Assembly: GCA_030390025.1 (NCBI GenBank)
Contig: CM059432.1
Location: 40,054,001 to 40,118,000 of the forward strand
Direction: 5' to 3'
DNA from: Squalus acanthias
Taxonomy: Eukaryota
Length of the DNA: 64,000 nucleotides
In this document: piece after piece, positions 1 through 11,060 of the stretch
Numbering within the stretch: the stretch's first letter is position 1
How the letters are laid out: every line of letters starts with the position of its first letter
Made by a program: the position numbers and the translations under genes
The notes under the pieces: generated by a model
What the model was told of the DNA's origin: nothing
Seen by the model: the letters and a program-made list of their open reading frames with translations, nothing else
Database searches by the model: none

Positions 1-725
1 GCTCTCTCCCTGGGAGTGGGAACAGCCATCGCCATCAGGGGATTCACTTGCTCACAGGTCACCTCAAAGCCAGCAATGTTGAAAATGAGCATTTGCATAA
101 TGATGCAACCTCCCCTTTAAGAGCTGGAAGGAACCAATGTGAAGGATCATTGCTGAATGCATTGCACCTGAAATTCATTAGCGCTCTGCTGGTAGCGCCC
201 TTTAGTGCCCCATTGAGGTCATTAGCGCTCGATTTAGTGCCCCACTTCCTTCCTGGGGCGCTAACACACAATTTAGTAGAAGTTCAGAATCCTTAGCACC
301 TGGCGCTAAAATTTCAAAAGTTAGCGCCCCAAACGGGGCAATACCCAATTTCACCCCCCAGGATTTATGGCATCACCCTAAACCTGACATTTCCAAACTG
401 TTATTTCCTTGTCCGTTTCCCATGCTTGCCCATTAGGCAGCAGGAAAGACGTTACTGTGCTTCCTTTCTGCTTTTCCTCAAACTAATAAAAACTGCTACC
501 CTTCGCAAATACTTCTATTTCTCAACTAAGCTTGATGCTTCTTCTTGTCATCATGTACACTATGTTCGGTAGGCTGATGCACAATGATGGCTTAAAGCCC
601 TTTTGCCAAGGCAGTTATTGAATGCCTTCTACACCGCTTACAGGAGAAGGTTGTCCATAATAAAAGGGAGACAGGTTACACCCACCAACCATGGTCTCCC
701 CGTGCAACCTGGCTCCCTTTTGTTA

Positions 726-815
726 TGCGTCCTTCTGCGCATGTGCCGTTCTGCTGGGGGCGGGTTGTTGTTTAGGTCCCGCCTCCCCATACGGGCACAT
801 GCGCAGAAGGACGCA
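726..815. repeat. Inverted repeat with perfect 22-bp arms
   Basis: tgcgtccttctgcgcatgtgcc (726-747) / ggcacatgcgcagaaggacgca (794-815). Confidence 0.8.
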
Positions 816-844
816 GAAAACTATGCAAATGATCAGTGTTAAAT

Positions 845-1127
845 CTTTTTTTTTATATATTCGTTCCTGGGATGTGGCCGGCGCTGGCAAGGCCAGCATT
901 TATTGCCCATCCCTAATTGCCCTCGAGAAGGTGGTGGTGAGCCGCCTTCTTGAACCGCTGCAATCCATGTGGTGAAGGTACTCCCACAGTGCTGTTAGGG
1001 AGGGAGTTCCAGGATTTTGACCCAGCAACAATGAAGAAACGGTGATATACTTCCAAGTCAGGATAGTGTGTGACTTGGAAGGGAACTTGGAGGTGGTGGT
1101 GTTCCCATCCGCCTGCTGCCCTTGTCC
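845..1127 (-). mobile_element. LINE 3' end sharing its tail with the SINE at 54679
   Basis: gcatttattgcccatccctaattgccc tail; a related fragment lies at about 49620-49845. Confidence 0.65.
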
Positions 1128-1579
1128 ATGGAGATGGTTAAATCTATTAACAAATGGGAGTTTCCACTGCTACAAAAATGTGCAACTGTCTAAAACAGTG
1201 GTGGGCAAAATACAGCTCGCCAATGGATTCAATGCGGCCCGCCATGACCTGGCTTCGAGGCTGAATGTTCGCCACACCTGACCCTGCCTCACGTAACGTC
1301 AAGAGGCGGGTCATTGTCGCCAAGGCAGCAGGGGAGTCATAACCAAAAATACTAAATGTGTCTGGCTCTGATCCATGGAGGAGCCGCCAGATTTCCAGTT
1401 TCACCACCCAGCCCCCCTCCTCCAATCTGCAAGCTACCTGTGAGCCCTGGTTTAGCAGCTGCAGCTGTATATTACACAGATGAGGCCCAGCCATCAAAAT
1501 GGCTCAGTCCTCTCGCCGAGGACATTGGACAGGCAGCACCATGGCACTGGTCACCCAATGTCCACCCAGAATGAAAATC

Positions 1580-2252
1580 AACCCCAAGAAGTCTAAGCTC
1601 AGCAATCTCACAGCAATGTCAAGCATATCCAAGATCCTAGATCAGCTGCAAGAGAAGTATATACATTCAATTCTTGCTGATGTGGCAGTGGAATTGAGTC
1701 TTCTTTGAAAGTGAGCATGACTGAATGATATGATCTGTGGTGTTTAATGTACTTGGGAAGCCAATCATATTTGAAAATATGCAACTGAACCCTGTATTTA
1801 TTGAAACTATCAAATCTACTTTATTCCGTTTACTGATGCATCTCAATGGTAAGAGCATTGCGATCATAAAGGTCTGCAAATCAGTGCTGAATTTGATATT
1901 TCCAATAAAAATCAACCTAAATGTTTCACAAATCCAAGATGTTTCAAGAGTTTTCACTGCAGAGGACAATACTAGCTTATGAAAAATATTTGGACATCTC
2001 CTAGCACATTGCCTGACACAAGATTGTCTTCCACATTACAAGTTGTCTTATCCTCTTCAGCAATGCACATGTTAAAATGAGAGAAATGGTTTCTTCATGC
2101 ACAAGGCATCTCCAGTTTGTTCCCATTTTGTTATTGCATATGAAGAGATTACTGCTTTGCTATCAGATCACATGCCAAATGTCAGAATTAAAGCAATTGC
2201 GGTGATAAGAGTAGCTCTAACATTAATAAAGATCAGAACAAAACTATTGTAA
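1580..2252 (+). pseudogene. Intronless decayed MROH1-like (maestro HEAT-repeat) C-terminal coding sequence
   Basis: Collinear fragments LTAMSSISKIL..ILADVAV../FFESE, VFIETIKSTLFRLLMHLN..VCKSVL, HITSCLILF and LLSDHMPNVRIKA, with frameshifts and stops. Confidence 0.55.
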
Positions 2253-2288
2253 GGAGAAATTTGCTTGCTGTGTGTTTAGAAACAGCAG

Positions 2289-2463
2289 GGGGGAATTTTA
2301 ACCTAACGCACCCGGCGGGAAACTAATGCGATGAGATCGGCCACTTGTTTTACACCCCGCCCGATTTCACTTTCTATTGAAATCAATGGACAGTAAAATC
2401 AGGGAAGGTGCAAAACGGGCAGTCAATCCAATCCAGTTAGGCGGGTGAGGTTAAAATTACCCC
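2289..2463. mobile_element. Palindromic MITE (Harbinger-like)
   Basis: TIRs gggggaattttaacct / aggttaaaattacccc; CAG duplicated at both ends; imperfect palindrome throughout. Confidence 0.65.
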
Positions 2464-3983
2464 CAGCATATCTGAACTAGAAGGACAACTACTAAAAATG
2501 GCCAAAAGGAAAATAAAATAACTATGGAAACAGCCTGAGCAGTTCTGTAGCAACATGAATGCCCAAATGGGAAGCTATGTGCTTTTTAACCTCGTATACT
2601 ATTTAACTGCAAAATACATCTCTAATTATCAACAGCAGCAAGCTGCAATATCACTTATTGGAATATGATTGTTTTAATAAATAAGAGAGTTTGAATATAT
2701 AAGAGTTTAGCTAAAGAACTACCTGCATTTATTTTATATAGTATTTTCTTACTTTAAGCAAACCCTTTTAAGTTTTCTTTTTTGTCCTGTGTTTTTTTTC
2801 TCTCTTTAGATCCCTGCACACAACCAATGCATTCTCAGCTGAGAGAAAAGGTGGGCAACTTGCTCCCAGATCTCGGACAGTGCCATTCTACTGTGAGCCG
2901 TGGAGCCTCACCCTCCAAATTTACTTCCTTGTGGGGATTTGCTCATTTTCTGTTGACCCTCTCTTTCTTACGGACAGTCCAGTGGAGATTAAGGACTTGC
3001 TGTGTGAGGGACAATGGGGATAGATTCACATCCAACCATTCTTTGGTGCCATTTGTTGAACTGGCGAGCTATGCCACCAGTCTCCATTAATTATTTCTTA
3101 GGTTCTTCAGTTTTTTGAAGCAGAAACAGTGTCCACAAATAGCTACTTGTGCTTCAAAAGACTCGAGCCGCTCCGCCAAAAAGCCACATAGACTTTCAGT
3201 ACAAGATATAATAGATCAATTGATTAATCATTTCATTCATTTAGTAACGGAAGATTTTACACTGCACTTTTTGTATTTAAGATAGTATCTGACTATTATC
3301 TGAATTTATGTTTATAAATTATTGGGAGGGTAGAGGTGGGAGTGATGCTCAATACTATGAGTTGGCCTGTTTCAAATTTACCAATGTAACACTTTGCTCT
3401 CACCAACGTACGCGGCCCCTTTAAATTTCCTGCACAGTATCTCTTCCAGCGGCAGGAGCTGGTGAGCGGCCTGTGCACGACCTCGCGATTGGTGCGCGAC
3501 CATGTGGCTGCGCACCTTAGGGGGAACATCGGTGTGCAGTCCTCAATAGCTCACCAAAATTTGTTAAGTGGCCCTCCAGCCCAAATAATTGCCCACCCCA
3601 GTCTAAAAAAAATAGGAGAGAATTAATCAGGACATAAATCTCCCCAATTTCCCAGCCACCATCACTCCTTTATGTATGATATCAGGGTATTAACTATACT
3701 AAGTACTCTCAATCTGGCTGGCTGCGGGTGGGAAACAGGTTTCCCATGCAAATCAGGCCCTACCATTAAATTCGGCAGGGCCAGTGTGAAACCTGTTCTC
3801 TCGGGTTTCCCGACTGCTTCCAAACCACCCCGCTCCCAACTTGCCTCCTGATTAAAATTCAGGCCAGCATTTCTTGATGCTATCAATGCTCAGTAATACC
3901 AACAAATAAAAATACTGAGAGATGTCCCCTGGAAGCAGCTAGTGTATATTACTGATACCAGCATAACCATATCACCAACAGTC

Positions 3984-5582
3984 TTCAAGAAAGGTGACAA
4001 GTCCGATTGTGGTAATTACAGAGGAGTTTCCCTGCTGTATGCCACAGGGAAAGTCATCGCAAGAATCCTCCTCAATCGCCTTCTCCCAGTGGCCGAAGAG
4101 CTCCTCCCAGAGTCGCAATGCGGATTCCACCCACTAAGGGGCACAATGGACATGATCTTCACTGCACGTCAATTACAAGAGAAATGCAGGGAACAGCACC
4201 AACTGCTATACATGGCCTTCTTTGATCTCACAAAGGCCTTCGACATTTTCAACCGTGAGGGATTATGGGTGTCCTCCTCAAATTCGGCCACCCTCAAAAG
4301 TTTGTCACCATCCTCCGCCTGCTTCACGACGACATGCAAGCCGTGATCCTGACCAACGGTTCCACCACAGATCTAATTCACATACGGACCGGGGTCAAGC
4401 AAGGCTGTGTCATCGCACCAACGGTCTTCTCGATCTTCCTTGCTGCAATGCTCCATCTCACCCTCAGTAAGCTCCCCGCTGGAGTGGAGCTAATTTACAG
4501 AACAAACGGGAAACTGTTCAACCTCCGTTGCCTCCAGTCCAGATCCAAGGTCATCCCATCCGCTGTCGTCAAACTACAGTATGCAGACGACGCTTGCGTC
4601 TGCGCACACTCGGAGGTCGAACTCCAAACCATCGTCAACACCTTCACCGAAGCATACGAGAGCATGGGCCTTACACTAAACATCCAAAAGACAAAGGTCC
4701 TCTACCAACCTGTCCCCACCACACAGTACTGCCCCCCGATTATCAAAATCCACGACAAGGCCTTGGACAACATGGACCACTTTCCATACCTCGGGAGCCT
4801 AATGTCAACAAGGGCAGACATCGATGACGAAGTCCAACACCACCTTCAGTGTGCCAGTGCAGCCTTCGGTCGCCTGAGGAAGAGTGTGTTTGAAGACCAG
4901 GACCTCAAACCCGGCACTAAGCTCATGGTCTACAGAGCTGCAGTGATACCCGCCCTCCTGTATGCCTCAGAGACATGGACCATGTACAGCAGGCACCTCA
5001 AAGCACTGGAGAGGTACCACCACCGCTGCCTCCGCAAGATCCTGCAAATCCATTGGCAGGATAGACGCACCAACGTCAGTGTTCTCGCTCAGGCCAACAT
5101 CTCCAGCATCGAAGCTTTGACCATGCTCGATCAGCTCCGATGGACGGGTCACATCATCCGCATTCCCGATACGAGACTCCCAAAACAAGCGCTCTACTCG
5201 GAGCTCCGACACGGCAAGAGAGCCCCATGTGCGCAGAAGAAATGCTTCAAGGACACCCTCAAAGCCTCCTTGAAAAAGTGCAACATCCCCACTGACACCT
5301 GGAAATTCCTGGCCCAAGACCGCACAAAAGTGGAGGAGAAGCATCCGGGAAGGCGCCGAACACCTCGAGTCTCTTCGCCGGGAGCAAGCGGAAGCCAAGC
5401 GCAAACAGCGCAAGTCAACCCAAGCACCCCCCGCCCATTCAACCACCGTCTGCCCCACCTGTGACAGAGACTGTAGGTCCCACATTGGACTCATCAGTCA
5501 CCTGAGAACTCCTTTTTAATGTGGAAGCAAGTCAACCTCAGTTCCGAGGGACAGCCTAAGAAGAAGACTGCCTAAGAAGAAG
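3984..5582 (+). mobile_element. RTE-clade LINE, 5'-truncated and frameshifted
   Basis: RT motifs QCGF, FFDLTKAFD, GVKQGC, QYADD; C-terminal CPTC..H zinc motif; tandem gcctaagaagaag tail; 19-bp TSD aaccatatcaccaacagtc at 3965-3983 and 5583-5601. Confidence 0.92.
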
Positions 5583-5659
5583 AACCATATCACCAACAGT
5601 CACACACTAAGAGGCAGCAAGTAAATGCAAGAGAGAAAACCTTTCGATTAGGCAATTTA

Positions 5660-6035
5660 AAGCCTTTTGGACTCAACATTGAGTTCAACAATTTCAGATC
5701 ATAAACCTCTGCCCCCATTTTTTTTCGAACAGCAGCTGTTGATGATTCTGCTATTCCCAGTTACACTTCCTCTAGACCCATCTTGTTTCTTTACTTATCC
5801 CATTACCATCTCCTTTTGCCTCGCACCATCATCCCTTTTGTCATTTAATCTCTCCTGCCTTCCACCGTATCACCTTCCCTTTTGTTCTTTCCTCCCCTCT
5901 GTACTTGCTTAAAACCTGTCACATCTCTAACTTTTTCCAGTTCCGACAAAAAGTCATCGACCTGAAACGTTAACGCTGTTTCTCCACAAATGCTGCCTGA
6001 CCTGCTGAGTATTTCCAGCATTTTCTCTTTTTATT
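5660..6035 (+). mobile_element. Old PLE 3' fragment with decayed hammerhead
   Basis: Encodes GLNIEFNNFRS* as at 53.6 kb; ccgacaa..gtcatcgacctgaaacgtt. Confidence 0.75.
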
Positions 6036-6574
6036 TAGAGGAAAAGAAAGATTGGATTGAGAGAGATAAGAGACAAAGAAAAAGTAAAAAAAAAATTTTT
6101 TTTTTTTAATCTCCAACATTAAAATCTGAAGGAATGAGACTTCACACTTGTAAAAGTTAATTTTCAGTGTCAGAAGTTGTTTGGCAGTAATTAAGACTTA
6201 TCGGAAATGTTTTTGCCTTTCAACTGCCCCTTTCTTTTAAATAGCTAATTCCTTTTAAATGGCTACTGCAGTCTTTAAGTTATCGGCAGCAGTGCAGAAA
6301 ATCCACCCTTCCCTGCATGCGAGCTCCCAGTCAGTCTGGGTGGGAGCTTGCTATTAATACAGAATAAGCGCTGAACCCCACCTCAGAAAGTGTTTGTGCC
6401 GCAGGTGCAAGTCACAGAATTTCCAGCCCTGCTCCTTTTAGAGGTAGAGTGACCAACACTACACATCATACTCCAGCACTGCCATCACCAATGACCAGTG
6501 CAACAGCATTAATGTCTTTTCACTTGCAATAGAATACCCACCAACTTCTTTCCAACACTTAATTTGCCTTATTG

Positions 6575-7190
6575 GCAACTGCTTTTGCCTTTGTCACCTC
6601 TAGACTTGACTATTCCAACACACTCCTGGCTGGCCTCCCATGTTCTACCCTACGTAAACCTGAGGCCATCCAAAACTCAGCTGCCCGTATCCTAATTCAC
6701 ACCAAGTTCCGTTCACCCATCGCCCCTGTGCCCACTGACCTACATTGGCTCCTGGCTAAGCAACACCTCGACTTTAAAATTCTCATCCTTGTTTTCAAAT
6801 CCATCCATGGTCTCGCCTCTTTCAAATCCATCCATGGCCTCTGCAATCTCCTCCAGCCCACACGCCCCCCCCCCCCCCCCCTCGATATCTGCGCTCCTCC
6901 AATTCTGGCTTCTTGAGCATCCTTGATTTTAATCGCTCAACCATCGGTGGCCGTGCCTTTAGCTGCCTTGGCCCTAAGCTCTTGAACTCCCTCCCTAAAC
7001 CTCTCTACCTCTCTTTCTTCCTTTAAAACGCTCCTTAAAACCTACCTCTTTGACCAAGCTTTTGGTCATCAGCCCTAATTTCTCCTTATGTGGCTCAGTG
7101 CCAAATTTTGTTTTATAACACTCCTGTGAAGTGCCTTGGGATGTTTTACTACGTTAAAGGCGCTATATAAATACAAGTTGCTGTTGTTGC
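6575..7190 (+). mobile_element. L2 LINE 3' fragment
   Basis: AFVTSRLDYSN, LHWL, FKILILVFK; tail ggcgctatataaat. Confidence 0.85.
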
Positions 7191-9509
7191 TTCACATAGG
7201 CTAGGTACTTTCATTTGATTACTCATTGATAGTATGATTGATCAATGATTGTGGCCAACTTTCTTTTTCCCCTTAAGGGCGACGCTTGCCTGGCACTGCA
7301 TTTAGACAGGCCTCACAAAATAGGAACCATTTATGCTTTAATTTTTGTTTTTATTGCTCTTCACCCCACCCACTCAAATTTTACCGTATTTTTTGCTTGA
7401 GCTAGTTTGAGTGATCCACACCATCCTGTCATTTTAGTATTGTTTACCCTTTAAGAGAAGGCACTTAATGTGTCCAGTTGGACTTTGCCCAATGCCACAG
7501 TCCCCCCGCAACCTAACTAACTAAAATCGCACCATTTAATGTTATTATTGTTGAATTTTCACTCATTTTAACAATTTGATTTAATTGATATTTTAGCTTT
7601 TTTCTTAAGTTTGTTTTGGTCAAAAATATTTCAGGTGATCAACCCCTTCTGATATTTTAGTGGTTACCTTTTTAAGCGTAGTCTTTACCTTTTTAAAGGG
7701 AGGCATTTGTTATAGTAGAATTTAACCCAATCCTACAATTTCCACCACACTGGCTTAAAATAGAATCTATTTAGGTTATGCACATATTTACTGTTTCCAG
7801 TTCTTGTATGTATTACCTTAAATTTATCCACATTAAAATCTACCTGTCATTTCTCAGCCCATCTGCTTAATTGGCCTAAAGCCCACTTAATACTATAGAT
7901 TTTCTTTCAGCTCATGACCTGTCCACTTTGTGTAGTCAGCAGGGGACTCAGGCAAGACCCCTGTGGAATTACCACTGGTAATTGCCTCGCATGCAATGTA
8001 TTACCCATTTATCACCATCCTCTAGCTTTGGTTAGAAAGTCAAGTTTCAGTTAATCTGGATATCTGTAATCTATTCCACGTGTCTTAACCTTCTTTAACA
8101 GTCTCAGTAAGAACTTTGTGAAATGCTTTCTAAAAAAAATCCAAATAAGCTTTGGGACCAATCTCGTGGTCTCATTGTAGTACAGGCAAGATCACTGGAC
8201 ATCTTTGTATGACACACAAGTAATATGCACAGCTTGCAAGGCTAGCTTACCATAGTAAATTCAATACATTCTCTGCGTATATTACCTGATGCACAAGGAA
8301 TACACTGAAGGCACATGGTGTGATATCCGGTATGTCAGCAGCTCTCAAAGGGCATTTGCTTGCAATTAAAGGTAACTAGCACACTTTCCAATTGAAAGAT
8401 TTCCTGGCAGCACTTGATTATGACAACAACGAGGGAGAGAGAGTTGCTCAGAGGACGCAGCTCTGGAAATGCTGCCATGGGTAGTTAGCTATTCCAATCA
8501 AAAGCCAGATTTAAAATGCCTGGGGGGAAAGTGATGGAGCGAGTTAATGCAGTCTTCCATGTTATGGGTTCAGATGTGCAAGATATTTTCTGGACTCATG
8601 AAGATTGACAAAATAACAGTACTGACACTTTGTCTATTTTTAGTACACGTTCTTGCGATGAATACCAACAAGAGTTCACCCTCACTTTGGTGCTACTTCA
8701 GAGGCAGCATGCAAACCATTCAGGCAACCTTTCAGCTATTTGTCACATGCACATGTTGCTGCACAGCCCACTTTGTTGTTGTCCCAGAAAACTGCCTCCA
8801 ATATTGTACAAAGTCTAAAATTAGAACCTCCAAACAGACTGCCAGCACAAGCTACTCACATGCTGCATGATAGTGGGCTCACACAAGGTGGTATACAGTA
8901 TACTATATATGTGAGCACAACACACACACATAGCTTTCTCTTCTGAAACCATGCTGATTCTCGCCTTCATCAAAGTCTTGAACACTTTCCCAACAATTAA
9001 GGAAAGGCTCAAAAGGTCTGTAATTTCCCGTTCATCCCCTGCCTCTTTTTTTTTTTAAAAAGGGTGGGGGGGGTCACATTTGCTACTTTCCAATCCATTG
9101 TAGTGTTGACCGATTGCAAATGAGCTTTGAAAGATAATGCTGAGGGGATTTGCAATCTCCTTAGCCAATTCCACCAGCAGATCATGAGTGGGGCTGCATT
9201 TTATGAAGAGCAAGCAGCAGCAGGCAGCATGATGATTGGGCAATGAAGCTGAGAAAGCAAAACCTGGTGACTTTGTGATGGATCAAGTTCAAGATGACTT
9301 CAGCTTTATTCGCATCAGCCTGTTGCTAATAATGGATTGTGGAATTTCAAACTTAATAACCCGAAATGCTAAAATTTCTTCTTAACTGGATTCTGTTTAG
9401 TAGGGAAATAAAGATACTCTAGCTTCACATCAAGTTGCATGCAACATTCATCTGTGCAAACTTACTCCATGGATGATTGTGAAAATGTGCAAAGATAGTG
9501 GATCGTTAG

Positions 9510-10000
9510 AGCTACAAAAGCTCATTTCAGCTTTGCAGCTGTCTTGTTACACAACTGAATGCTGAATCTTACAGGATTGATGACTGTACTATGAAGGAAG
9601 AACTGCTCAGCATTGGGTTGCTAAAAGGTTACAATAGGGAGTGTGGATAATAAGGAAGTCCTGACAGCTAATCAAAAAGTCAAGGTAGAAACAGAAACTC
9701 ACTGGTCATTGCTATAGATAGGGCATCAGCTATGTTAGGATCAACAAGCAAGATTTTGTAAAGTTGACTAATTCTTTCCCAAATTCTGAACATCTCATTA
9801 ATCATCAGAAGCCTTTAAAGTCAAAGCAGCTGAATTTGAAGCACGTCATGAAGATTATTTTGAAAATTGTGAACTACATTGAATCTATACATTTAATCAA
9901 AAGCAAATAAAAAAGCTTAGAGTTCTTCAATTACCAAAATCTCTCTCCAGATCGTGTGGTTCACCGTCTTTCTACAAGAAAAGTGATTGCTCATTTTTTG
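9510..10000 (+). mobile_element. Degraded hAT (Charlie/SPIN-like) transposase fossil
   Basis: Fragments KEELLSI, IAIDRASAMLG and HLINHQ..LNLKHVMKIILKIVNYI resemble the TDGA.AM and HC..HQ..L..VM..V.KIVN.I motifs. Confidence 0.5.
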
Positions 10001-10599
10001 AATTGCTTTCCCAGGTAAAGTTTTCATGGAAGAGTTTGCAAAATGTTCCGTGAATTGATAAGAGCCACAGTCCCCATCCTCACTAACCTACACTGGCTGC
10101 CGGTTCCCTAACCGAATACTGTTAAAATCCTTGTTCTCGTCTATAAATCCCTCCATGGCTTTGCTTCATTCTACCTCGGCAAAAACAGTCAACCCTATAT
10201 ATCCTCCCAAACGCTCCATTCTTTGGACACCGGTCGTCATCTCTGTCTTACCATTGTTGGCAGATTGTTAACCACCACAACCCCCACCCACTCTTCCTTT
10301 TTAATTAGATGAACAAACTAAAAATTTACCTTCCTCAACAGGATTGGGAGATTTGAGATTTAAAAATCGATTGGTTTGTTCAATTTGGCATAGTTTCTTC
10401 AAATTTATTCACAACTGTTGGCGCTGTGACTGGCTCCACCCTCTTTTTACTTAATTAGGCAGCATGGTTCGAATTCCTTTTTTATCCCTAGTTATTGAGA
10501 ATTTACGATAAGATTTTCAGCTGTTTGAATATTAACGAAGTAAAGATTTTGCTCAGGTGCATTGCTGAGTGTAAAGAATTTTTTTTAATTTTATTTCAA

Positions 10600-11060
10600 A
10601 AGACCTGCATTTATATAGCGCCTTTCATGACCATCTGACGTCTCAAAGTGCTTCACAGCCAATGAAGTACTTTTTGAAGTGTAGTCACTGTTGTAATGTA
10701 GGAAATGTGGCAGCCAATTTGCACACAGCAAGCTCCCACAAACAGCAATGTGATAATGACCAGATAATCTGTTTTAGTGATGTTGATTGAGGGATAAATA
10801 TTGGCCAGGACACCAGCGATAACTCCCCTGCCTGTCTTCAAAATAGTGTCATGGGATCTTTTACGTACACCTGAGAGTAGACGGGGCCTCGGTTTAATGT
10901 CTCATCTGAAAGACGGGACCTCCGACAGTGCAGTACTCCCTCAGTACTGCACTGCAGTGTCAGCCTAGATTTGTGTGTTCAAGTCTCTGGAGCGGGACTT
11001 GAACCCACAACCTTCTGACTCAGAGGCGAGGGTGCTACCAACTGAGCCACAACTGACACA
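10600..11060 (-). mobile_element. tRNA-derived SINE with L2-type tail (DeuSINE/SacSINE1-like)
   Basis: A box tggctcagttgg and B box ggttcaagtcc on the minus strand; homologous to 44668-45126. Confidence 0.8.
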
